NCBI GenBank assembly: GCA_026770705.1
Contig: JANJGN010000301.1
Coordinates: forward strand, 434,001 to 498,000
Direction of reading: 5' to 3'
From: Isurus oxyrinchus
Lineage: Eukaryota
Length of the DNA: 64,000 bases
Below, piece after piece: positions 53,439-64,000 of this stretch. The translations under genes were made by a program, and so were the position numbers. The notes beneath the pieces were generated by a model. It ran no database searches. It saw only the letters and a program-made list of their open reading frames with translations, and was not told the DNA's origin. The stretch's first letter is position 1. Every line of letters begins with the position of its first letter.

Positions 53439-53756
53439 GTTTGTTATGAGAATGTCAATACGAAAACGGGACACAACTCACAACGGAAGAAAACGAATCA
53501 TGTGAAGAGATTAAAATGTTGGCTGATTAAAGTCAATGATGGATATTAAATGTCTCGGTCACGTGTTTATTTTTCCCGCTCCTAATTGGCTGGAAATTGA
53601 AATTGTTCGCCGGATATAAGGAGGGGTTGTTGGTCTGCTGCTCATTTCCCCCGCAGTTCACGTCTGAACCTATCAGTTGTCTGAAGGCCAGCAGCTTCTT
53701 CCGTTCCGGGTGCAGGGAAGTGAAGGGAAGAACATCTCTTTATGAGACTCCGTCTC

Positions 53757-56180
53757 GTAAGCGACCAACCCGACACTGTTTCTATTTCTTTGTCCATAAC
53801 AAGCTTAAATTGTACTATGTTGTGGTCGCTATCACTGAAATGCTGCCCCACCACCATCTCAGCCACCTGTCCGCTTCGTTCCCCAGAATTAGGTCCGGCA
53901 CTGCGCCGTCCTTGTTGGACCCTCTACATATTGACCTAAAAAGCTATCTTGTACACATTTCAAGAAATCCACTCCATCCAAGCCCTTAACATGATGCCTA
54001 TCCCAATTAATGTTATGAAAGTTGAAATCACCTAATATAATTACCGTATTGTTATTGTTTTTACACACCTCCGCAAATTGGGCATGTATTTGCTCCTCAA
54101 TATCCCGCTGACGATCTGGGGGTCTATAATAAACACCTAACAATGTGGCTTCCCCTTTTTTATTCCTAAGCTCACACACAAAGCTTCATTCGATGCCCTC
54201 TCCAAGATATTATCTCTCCTTACTGTAATAATTGACTCTATAACTAATAATGCAAAGCAACCTCCCCTTTTACCCCCTCTCCTGTCTCGCCTGAAGATTC
54301 TATAGCCCGGAATGTTGAGCTGCCAATCCTGCCTCTCCCTCAACCACGTCTCAGTCATGGCTACTATGTCACAATTCCAAGTGTCACTCCTCACCCTTAA
54401 CTCATCCGTGTGACCTGTAATACTCCTGGCATTAAGGTAGAAGCCATCCAGCCTTACCTTACTCCCTTGAAGCTTAATGTAGCTGTTCTCCCTCTGACTT
54501 GATTGTTTTACTGTATTATGATGCGTCCCTATTGTTCCAAATTTGTGTCTCCCCTCCCCCTGCCGAATTACTTTAAACTCCTCCCAACAGCACGAGAAAA
54601 CTCGCCTGCAAGGATGTACTCTTGATCTAGTTCCGATGTAAACCATCCCACTTGTACATGCCCTACTTTTCCCAGAAATGTTCCCATTGATACAGGAATC
54701 TAACCCTCCCTCCTGCACCAACTCTTAAGCCACGTATTTATCTGTGTTATTTTCCTATTTCTGAGTTCGCTAGCACATGGCATTGGGTGTAAGCCAGAGA
54801 TTACAACCCGAGAGGTCTTGCTTTATAGTCTACTGCCTAACTCCCTGAATTCTGGATGCAAGACATCATCGCTCTTTCTACCTATGTCATTGGTACCAAC
54901 ATGTACAATGATCTCTGCCTTATTCCCCCTCACCTTTCAGGATGCCCTGCAGCCGTTCGGTGACATCCCCGACCCTGGCACCAGGGAGGCAACATAACTT
55001 CCTGGAGTCACGTTGACGGCCACAGTAGCGCCTATCCTTTCCCCTGACTATAGAATCCCCTATTACTATTGTTCTTCCTCTCTTGCTCCCCTCCTGTACA
55101 GACAGACAGCTTGTGGTGCCAGAAGCTTGGCTCTGTCTGCACTCCCTGGAGGAACCAGCGCCCTCTTTATCCTCCAAATACCGATTTGCAAGCGGGACCC
55201 CAGGGGCTCCTGATCTATCTGCCTGTTTCTCTTGGATTGCCTGCTGGTCACCTTCCTTCCTCAAGTCCCTTAAGCTGCGGTGTGACCACCTCTGTGAACA
55301 TACTTTCCATCATGCTCTCAGACTCGTGGATGCTTCACAGTGTCCCTAGCCATCGATCCAGCTCTGAAACCCAATATTCCAGGAGCTGCAGCTGGACACA
55401 ATTCCTGCACACATGCTGGTCCCGGGCACTGGAAATGTTCCCGGCTTCCCACATGGAGAACGAGGAGCACATCACGGCTTTGAGCTCTCCTGCCATGTTA
55501 TATCCATTTAAATTAAACCTTTTAAATCAATTACTCTAGGGCCCTTCTTTCCTGATCCTCGTTACTTCAGAATATACAAACTACAAACCACAAAAAGACC
55601 TTACAAATAGGCTATAAAAGCAGTAAATACTTACCCAACCTTACCCACTACTTGCCAGTCATTCCTTTCCCTTGTAGCCTCTACAGCTGCAGCAGGGTAA
55701 GGTCACACTCTGCAGATTTAAGAAGTTGGATAGCAAAGATAAAATACAAAGAGCACCTCTTCTCCTCTGCTCTAACTTCCCACTGGGCACCAAGTTGCCA
55801 ATACCCACATTCATTCTGGCTGTGTCTCCCTCAGGATGAGGTCTATCCCCTGCTCTTGTGCAAGCGCACTGTAGTGTGCATCTAAATAGTCCCTTTCTTA
55901 ATTAGAGCTGAGGTGAGCTGAGATCACTCACACTAGTTAATCTTCAAATATTAATCAATATTAAGTCCCTAATCAGGCATCAGGTGATTGACAGTTAACT
56001 GTCAAACAGTCAGTTGAATCAGATCCCTTACCAACCTTTTAACTAGATTACTGTAGTTACAAAATTAAAGAGAAATTAGAGAGAAAGATTTACCAGTTCA
56101 ATTCCCACTGTGCACCAAATTACCAATACCCACATTCACTCTGGCTGTGTCTCACTCAGGATGAGGTCTCTCTCCTTTTC
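53757..56180 (-). mobile_element. CR1 LINE 5' half (5' UTR, ORF1 with esterase, AP endonuclease), lacking RT
   Basis: ORF1 start ~55496 (MAGELKAVMC); TIVIGDSIVRG...CLPGARVGDV esterase; YLNARSI, DIVAMTETWL, GVYYRPP, ILGDFN and SDH endonuclease motifs. Confidence 0.92.
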
Positions 56181-56191
56181 GTGTGCAACCA

Positions 56192-56598
56192 CGTTTTTGC
56201 ACAGCTATCTCCGTGCTCTGTACCACTGTGTGTCTGTAATCTCACCATGTTCAGGTATTTGTACAGCTTTCTTAGTGCTCTGTATCACTGTGTGTCTGCA
56301 ATCCCTTCTCGTTCAGGTTTTGTACAGCTCTCGCAGTGCTCTGTATCGCTGTGTGTCTGCAATCCCTTCTCGTTCAGGTTTTGTACAGCTCTCGCAGTGC
56401 TCTGTATCGCTGTGTGTCTGCAATCCCTTCTTGTTCAGGTTTTGTACAGCTCTCGCAGTGCTCTGTATCACTGATTGTCTATAATCCCACCATTTTCAGG
56501 TTTTGTACAGCTCTCACCGTGTTCTGTATCACTGTGTGTCTGTAATCCCACCATGTTCAGGTTTTTGTACAGCTCTCTCCGTGTTCTGTATCACTGTG
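56192..56598 (-). repeat. Tandem array of seven 23-spacer recombination signal sequences (61-62 bp unit)
   Basis: Heptamers occupy 56592-98, 56530-36, 56469-75, 56408-14, 56347-53, 56286-92 and 56224-30; each is followed by exactly 23 bp and a nonamer. Confidence 0.95.
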
Positions 56599-56904
56599 CT
56601 GTGCGCTGACTCAGTGCACAGTAATACACAGCGGAGTCACTCAGTTGTAGTTTGGAGATAGTTAACTGGCTGAATTTCTCGGCAGGATCGATAGAAGCAG
56701 ATATTCTCCATCCAGCAGCGTTTTCTTTATTCTCCTCTCTTGAAGTGTGCCTCTGAAGCAGATATTCAGGAGCCTGTCCGGGGGACTGACGGTACCAGTG
56801 TACGGTGTACTGACAGAACCCTGAATATTCACATTTTAAAGTAACGATGTCACCGGCAGGAGAGGTTTGTACTGGCGGATTCCGGGAAATTATGGAACTG
56901 GAAT
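56599..56904 (-). CDS. NAR-TCR supporting V-delta segment (leaderless, CDR1 cysteine)
   Basis: Acceptor ttttatcctccag; DSSSIISRNPPVQTSPAGDIVTLKCEYSGFCQYTVHWYRQSPGQAPEYLL...LQLSDSAVYYCALSQR; extra Cys in CDR1; phase-compatible with the J donor at 59819; consensus RSS cacagtg-23-acaaaaacc. Confidence 0.93.
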
Positions 56905-58359
56905 CTGGAGGATAAAAAAAAATGAACATGATTTTTTGTTTAGACACTGTTTGTCCATGTGAATTGAATCGCGTGAATTGCTCTGCTTTTTGCAGTAATT
57001 TTATTTGCTGGAAGCCTATTTGAACCGTGTTCACTCTTATGAAAATATGGTGAAGTGGGAAATGAGGTGACATCTTATTTTACATGGCGAACTCTTCCGA
57101 TTAGGATTGCGCTGCCTGAATTGATGTTGGGAACAGCTTCCATATTAACTTTCAAACGGATAATGGGTCTGTGCTGGAAATGTAAATACAAATATAGAGC
57201 TATGGAGAAAATTGATGGGCAGTGGGAACAATAGGATTGCACTTCTAAAGGGTCAGCGCCTACACGAGGGGCCGAATGTCATCCTTCCGTGCTGGATAAT
57301 TCTATGAATCATATTACATTCCCGTTTCTATTTTCCTTGGTGAGAAACAAACCCGAGGGAACATTTTATGATCAGTGAGTCAGTCAGTTTCTAAAAATCA
57401 CATGTTTGTCTGAGAGAAACACAGCTGTGTGGCATCACTGTGCACAGCAAGACCCAACACAAACTGATGGGAATCATCAGCACCGATTGGGCAAAATCGT
57501 GAGTGAGCACCAGTGGTCAAAGGTCAATCATTTACTGCGGTTTAAAACTACTCGGGAATTTCTCTCTGCTTTTTGCTGTATTTCTCTATGTTCTATCAAT
57601 AGGGTCCTACTTTCTCCAGTTCAGCTTAATTTCAAATATGTACTATTAATTTCATTTTCTTTAAATTCACATTCTCTTTATTTCATATTTTCTTTGTGCT
57701 GTTTGAGCTATTTGCAATGGTGGGAACTTGCCCCAAAGTCTCTCACTTGTCGGTTGGGTTTAGTCTGTTCAGTTTCCGCAGTGGTTTTACTGTTAGTCAC
57801 TGGGAACTGCCTCTTCCGGCTCTCTGACAATTTCAATTCTTTCCGCACGGTAACTGATTCTCTCCCAAGTTCTCTGGGCGGAGTTTTCCCTCAATCTTAC
57901 ATTATCGAAGAAGAAGAATGAGGAAGAGGAATGGGCCATTCAGCCTGTGTATGTAATCAATTCCAGCCGGACCCCACCAGAAATCCAATTGACCATTTAC
58001 ATCCAGCTCCCTGTGTTGGTCTGTTCCGTTCTCCCTCCTGTATTTTCAAGTGTTCCAATAAATATATCAATACAATCTCCAACCTCTCCCTGCGGCAGCA
58101 AGTTCCACATTCTGACCTGCCTTTGTTTAAATTCATTTGTCTTAAATGTTTTATTTGTTCTGTTATTTAGTTTGATATGTTGACGGCTATTGCTTTAGAC
58201 TCAATTTGTCCAAATTGAACCCGTTCGATATTGAAATATTTCTATGGATTCTCCTTGTGGTTCTGTTTTCCAGAAAAAAGAGACCCAGCCTGTTCAATCT
58301 TCCCAGAGAGATGTGGGTTGTTGCTGATTGTTTCTTCCCTCAGGACTGTAAGAAACCAA

Positions 58360-58935
58360 AGCAGAGAATCCAATCAATAGAAGCAGGAGTCCCCATATCA
58401 CCTTTCAAACCTGCTCAGCCATTCAGTAATATCCTGGCTGATTTACAACCTCAACGTCACATTCCCGCACTCTCTCCATATCCCTGATCTCTTTAGTTTC
58501 CAAAAACCTATCGAATATTGTCTTGAATGCATACAGATTATAAACATCCACCGGTCTCTGATTTACAGAATGCCGCAGATAAACAACAGTGGTTCTATTG
58601 AAGATTTATTTTCCTTCTCAGTTCTAATGGATGATTCTTTATTCTGAAGCTGTGACCACGAGTTATATACTCCTCAGTCTGGGGAGACACCGACCCAGAA
58701 TCTGCCCTGTCAAGTCCCTTCAGAATATTACATGTTTTCATGAGATCACTTCTCATTCTTCTAAACTCTAGGAAATATAGGCCGAGACGACTAAATCTCT
58801 TCCCATTAGACAATTCCTTCATCTCAGGAATCAGTCTGATGAACCATTGTTCCCCTCCTTCCAATGCAGATTGATCCCCCTTCTGTAAGGGGACCAAAAC
58901 TTTACACAGCATTCCGGACTGGAGTCTATTTCAGT
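58360..58935 (-). mobile_element. CR1 LINE 3' fragment within the J to V-delta intron
   Basis: RLIPEMKELS...RLGLYFLEFRRMRSDLMKT...TRGHSFRIK. Confidence 0.85.
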
Positions 58936-59818
58936 CCTTCCCTCCATAAACCTCACCCACCACCGAGTCGGATTTTACGTTGAAAATCGCTCAGAAATCA
59001 TCCAATCGTTCTCTCCCTTTCGATTATTTTTTTCTTGCTGTTTCTAAATGAGCATTCTCCTAGTTTATAATTGTTTCCTTATGACCCTCCTCTCCTTTAT
59101 AAGATTAATGCATCATCCTCACTTTCTCACTGCACTGTGTTGTTTCAATTCACAGGAATCAGGGATACAGATAAATTACAGCAATCACATCTCTCAAACA
59201 TCTACATTCAATATAGAGAAGTGTCTGCGGTTCCAAACTTTCACATTTCGTTCTGAGGCCGGAAAAGGAGGAAAGTGATTGGTTCTATAAAGGCAATTGA
59301 AAGAAATGGCGGGGCAATGTCAATAATTTTAGTCACTGATTGTCCAAATAAAGAATTCAACCTGGACCCACATCAAGATCTCATATATCTGAGGCCCCTT
59401 GTGTCACTCTCCCGTTTATCTTCCGGGTCAGGTCTGGAACGAGCCGCTGCAGGTATCCGAACTGGCCGCAGTTGTGCTGAGTTTATTAACCCGGTAACTC
59501 ATTCACATTGCGCGGCTCGAACTGCAATCTGCTGCCCAGGAGTGAGTCTGTTACCACGCTCCCGGGCTCTAAGGGACAGACAGAGCTCCCTCGGTCACAG
59601 TTAACACCGGGTGTGCAGTCCCAAGTGTCGACAACCTGTGCTTATTAAAAGCGATTCAGAGTGTGACGTTCCGTGATGTTGATCGTGTCCCCGATGTTCC
59701 CGTTAAACTGATTATGCCCCAGATTCCGTCAACTCTCACATCCCCCCAAACTCAACTGAAATCAATAATAAACTGACAGTGGACAGGCTGTAACCCGGCG
59801 GGGTTTGGAGTCACTTAC

Positions 59819-59907
59819 CGGCTGTGACAGTCACCACCGTCCCGGATCCATCCGCATAATAATATTTCCACAGTGACTCCGCTCTCAGTGTCCTCGGTAC
59901 AACAACC
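59819..59907 (-). CDS. NAR-TCR J segment with 23-RSS
   Basis: Coding 59868-59819 KYYYADGSGTVVTVTA then gtaagt; RSS heptamer 59869-59875, 23 spacer, nonamer acaacaacc 59899-59907. Confidence 0.93.
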
Positions 59908-60219
59908 ACCGACACCTCAACCTGCCGGGAAATCATCATCAGACAGTAGAAACTGCCCAATTATTCAACAGATTGAAATAAATAAACAATATTCAATGTT
60001 TCCAAGTCTGTCGGTTCAAACTGTTCTTTGTGAGGCCCTGAGCTCTGAGGAAATGGTCCCGGGGACGAGATGTTCGCTTCATATGAAGCAAGAAAAATAT
60101 TTAAAAAGATAACTGAATGATGGAAATTAAAATAAAATGTAGCTAGATTCCAGCGATAATAACATCAACCCGAAAATTCACTATCCGGACCAGGAGAATT
60201 TATATTGTGACCGTACAGA

Positions 60220-60293
60220 GGTATTTGCTCAGGTCTCTCCCACTGTGACTTCCCCATACTCCATCCACAGTGTTACAAGTCAGTATAAAATCC
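60220..60293 (-). CDS. NAR-TCR D segment flanked by two 12-RSSs
   Basis: D = gatggagtatggggaagt (60265-60248); 5' RSS cacagtg(60266-72)-12-ataaaatcc; 3' RSS cacagtg(60247-41)-12-gcaaatacc. Confidence 0.93.
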
Positions 60294-60619
60294 CCCGGGC
60301 ACTTGGTGAGATGTGGGGACATTAGTTAAACACCGGGGACTGCGGTTCCCGGTTCCAGTTGTTAGACCAGGATCACATCTGGTGTTAGGGCTTTGTAACT
60401 GGGACCAATCATTCCCAATCCCCATTCACTGACACTAGTCTCGGGATAGACATCACCATCCGCACACACTCGGCATTTATAAAACTCAAGATGTTAACAA
60501 CAATAATCCAATCTCATTATAAACTAGACTGTGGGGCAGACGGTGTGAGGCGGAACTGTGGGGTTTAACTGCAGATTAACTCCGCTTTTTCATTTGTTTC
60601 TGTGATAATTTGCAGTGAG

Positions 60620-61123
60620 AGTTTTTGTTTCGCGGGAAGCCGAGGCCCATCACTGTGTGTCATAGTGAGCTCTACAGTAATAGGTGGCGGTGTCTTCAAC
60701 TCTCACATCCAGAATTTCCAGCAAAAATGTATTTTCTGCTTCATTCACCGACACAACAAATCTCCCCCCGCTGGAGATCCGCTCCCGCTCTGTCCCGGTC
60801 TGGGTTTGTTTGAAGAAATGTCCCGTTTGGAAATAATGCCCCGAAGCACCGGAGAAAACACAGGTGATGGTGAGAGACTGACACTCCTTCCTGGTCACCG
60901 CTGCCGGGGTCTGTGTCACTGACTGACTGACAGAGCCTGGAAATTAAACAGAGAGAGTTTATTGGACTATCGGAGCCGAACCAGAGAACGGGGTCAAAAC
61001 CCCAGTGTCTGTAAAAGGGTTGGACTCGAGCAGCTTTATATTAAATCCGCACAATTTCGGTTTGTTTGACCGGTACTCACGGGGGAAACAGACACACAGG
61101 GTGAAAACAAGGAGGATTCCCAT
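60620..61123 (-). CDS. NAR-TCR V segment (IgNAR-like V domain) with leader and 22-RSS
   Basis: Leader 61123-61081 MGILLVFTLCVCFP then gtgagt; V exon 60936-60658 SVTQTPAAVTRKECQSLTITC...GHFFKQTQTGTERERISSGGRF...EDTATYYCRAHYD; short CDR2 region, FR1 Cys; RSS cacagtg(60657-51)-22-acaaaaact. Confidence 0.93.
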
Positions 61124-61144
61124 CGCTCTGCTGCCTAGAGCTGG

Positions 61145-61250
61145 GGGTTTATATGACGGGGAAGCTGGAGACTGCAGCCCTGGACTGCACTGGGAGACCG
61201 GACCTCAGAGCTGGACTGAAATACTTTCGCGGGGCAGAGTTGATTTGCAC
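61145..61250 (-). promoter_or_regulatory. Putative NAR-TCR V promoter (TATA-like and imperfect octamer)
   Basis: catataaa ~25-30 bp upstream of the ATG; atttgcac at 61243-61250 on the plus strand. Confidence 0.4.
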
Positions 61251-64000
61251 AGGGCAGTGTTGTTGAGATCATTGACGGGCCGCACCGTTCCCGGGTCGCT
61301 GGCTAAATGTGGTGTGAATAAGTGACAAATTTATAAAAGAAGGCTGCAATTTTCTGCCACTTCATTTTGGATTGTGGTCCGGCTGTGAAAGCCCCTCCCA
61401 CAATACTCTGGTGTACAGGGGTGGGGGAGGGGAGCTTTTCTTACTGCCAGTTGTGCTGCCGCCTTCCTTTCCCCACAGCAATGAACGGGGAGGTTGGTGC
61501 ATGTATTGGTGCATTTGTATTGGGTGGTGTTTGTTTTAGGTGGAATGTGGGACCAGGACATCCGGAAAATCCCCGCGCCCGGCTCTTACCCCAGTATTCC
61601 GGAGATTGTTTCACATCGCCCTGAACGGACTGGCGGGAGCTCAGTTAGACTGCTGATCTGAAGGTCGGCGCCTCAGACCCAGAATCTTTCTTGGCCCAGC
61701 AACTGGGGGCCAGGTTACAATATGAGGGAGTCCAGTGACATTACCAATATCCTGGCAGATGTACACAACATACACAAAGACGAAGTAGCAGCTCGTTATC
61801 TTACTTGGCTAGGTGGCTAGTGTCTGCTTCGGAATAATGCCAATATTATGGGATCTGGAAGCATAGGAACATTCGAACAGGAGAAGGCCATTCAGCCCGG
61901 CGAGCCTGCTCCACCATTCAATATAATCATGGCTGATCGAACACTTCAAAGCCTTTTTAAGCAGTAGTAATTCACGAATGGCCGGGTGTGATGCAAGCAG
62001 ACATGAGTAATGCCGCAATAAATGAGATGGGGCCTCATGTACCGTAAACAGAGACAAAGGTTACTGTAATAAAAAGAGTGACATTATCTTGTGTAATACT
62101 GAGACAGGATGTTGCCTAACACTAATGGAGATGACCTCTTGCAATAGTAACTGCGATATGACCTTGGATCACATTGACAAAGATGCAATCTATTGCAAAT
62201 AACTGAAAAAAGGAACAAATGCAATATAAAGTGAGATGTGCTCTAGTGTAGTTCGATTGGGGCAGTGTCTAGTGTAATATAAACATAAGCATTAAAATGT
62301 TGTAGTCAGTAATAACAAAAATAGGGCCTCGTCTAACATAAGCGGAGGCAGATCTAATGCAGTAATGGCTAAGACATCATCTAGTGTAGCAGTGCAGTAA
62401 TAAATGAGGCGACCTCTGGTTTAATATAAACAGAGGGATCGTACAGTGCACTAATAAATGAATAATGCTTAATCCTTGAGTAACCGTGTACGATCAGGCA
62501 CTGAGCTCATGCACTGAGGTGGACATCACTCAAGGCACAGTAAAGGTGCTCAGATTCCTATACCACAACTTTGTTTTATTTTAACTTGCTGTTTTTTTTC
62601 TGTTAGCTGTGTGCTAATGTTTACCTTTGTTTTCCATTGTTTCCTTTAGCTTCATCCCCATTTTCCTTATTAAAATCCGCAGGATTCTCCAATGTTCATG
62701 TTTCCTGGTGTCACTGAGGGGTCTACAGACTGTGTGCACGTCCCAGAACTTCAGTCAGTGTTAGTCTCTCTTGTCCATTTGTATTACACAGAGCAGTGAT
62801 GATCCCTTTCCCGCAGTTCACTGCACCATGTGCCATATGGGAGAATAGCCATTACGAACTGTTTACTTTCTGTGCCTTTATATTTATAAACACATTTCTG
62901 CATCAATACCCTTCTGCTTTTCTCGATTTGTACCACTAACTGTCCTCTCCTCAGCATTATACACCTCTTTCTGTTAATCTGTCTCTCTGCCACTCAATGT
63001 AATCAATCTCACCTTCATTTATGTCCCTCTATTAGTGTTTCTCTGCATTATTACCATAACGAGTGTCATTTTTATCAAACTCCCTATGCATCGCCCATCG
63101 TTCTTAATCTCAACTTTATATTCGGCATTGTGTAGGTGTCTGAAAGCATACAGACAGAAACAGGGCTAATCTGTAGACGAGTTACACATTCGCCTGTCAC
63201 AGCTCAATGTTTCAAATCTTTGACTAGTGCGAGCAAACGGCACGGAAATTATTCACCATGGGGACATCATTCGCTGATCTTCACAGGCAAATCTCTCAGA
63301 TCTTTTACCATTGAGGCCAGACAGGCACTGAGCCGATATACGACGGTGATGGTGGAGGCGGCGGCGGAAGGAGGGGGTTTCACTCACCGTCACCGAACAT
63401 TGTTCAGGTTTTAAACACTCGGTATAAAGTGTGGGGCTGATGCACCGTGGAGCAGGCGGCACTCGCGTGCACAGGGACAATGTTCAGATCTTCCTTTCAA
63501 TCGCTGCCATTGCACGATTCAATAATTTTAACCCGCTCTTCTCTTTTCTGCTTCCTGCCCGGATTTGTTAACTCGATTTATTTATATCATTTCTGCTTTT
63601 ACTTATGCTTCTTTATCTCCGTCTCTCACTTCTGTTTACAATCCACAGGATCCCCCGCTGCCATGCGGTGAGAAATTCTCCGTCTATTTACTGAATTCGC
63701 TGGACTTTCTTTATATGAACAGCTGGGTTTGGGCGGCTGAGAGGAGTGAGGTGCGGGGAGTCCCCTAGAGGTTCGGGGGTTGGGGGTGTCCTGTGGGGGG
63801 AGTTGGAGTCTGAGAGGTGGGGGGACTTCCTGGGAGTTCGGGGGTGTGGAAGGAGACTCGTGGGCGTCGGTGTGGCTCTGTACAAAGTTACCCAGAAGCT
63901 AGAAGTGGTTTTAATTCTAACTTTTCCTGGGCAACTCTTGATGTCGGACAGTCGGAACCATTCGAGGTTTGCAATGTAAATTGTATTTTCTGTTTGTTCC

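Noticed and set aside
56192-56598. CRISPR-like array or cluster of D segments
   Set aside because: Eukaryotic context and the linkers are homologous, not unique spacers; the G-rich linkers lack a 5' 12-RSS (internal cgcagtg has no CAC or nonamer).
56905-57073. N-terminal extension of ORF 56591-57073 as a leader
   Set aside because: Not signal-peptide-like; it is intron read-through upstream of a clear splice acceptor.
57405-57442. Heptamer in the J to V-delta intron
   Set aside because: No acceptable nonamer at 12 or 23 bp.
60420-60490. Second, decayed D segment
   Set aside because: Heptamers are non-consensus and the spacers are the wrong length.
63400-63980. GC-rich stretch with small exon-like signals
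   Set aside because: No recognisable product; context is cut off by the window end.

Overview
Vertebrate genomic DNA, almost certainly from a cartilaginous fish, covering part of the T-cell receptor alpha/delta V-segment array. I read about 17 conventional TCR V segments or remnants on both strands, mostly leader exon + V exon + 23-spacer RSS. Three look intact, two have open frames but lack the first cysteine, and the rest are pseudogenes. At the right end is one complete NAR-TCR cassette on the minus strand: leader-V(22-RSS), (12)D(12), (23)J, then a leaderless 'supporting' V-delta with the diagnostic CDR1 cysteine. The most striking feature is that this supporting V-delta is followed not by one RSS but by seven tandem 23-spacer RSSs (61-62 bp period, 56192-56598). 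Also present: a GPR139/142-like GPCR pseudogene among the V genes, ~120-200 bp inverted repeats bracketing one V family, a possible intronless leader-V, a 22-bp-periodic CRE array, CTCF-like motifs, segmental duplications, and many CR1, Penelope, SINE and microsatellite repeats. All coordinates were read by eye. V, RSS and exon limits should be accurate to a few bases; repeat boundaries are approximate.
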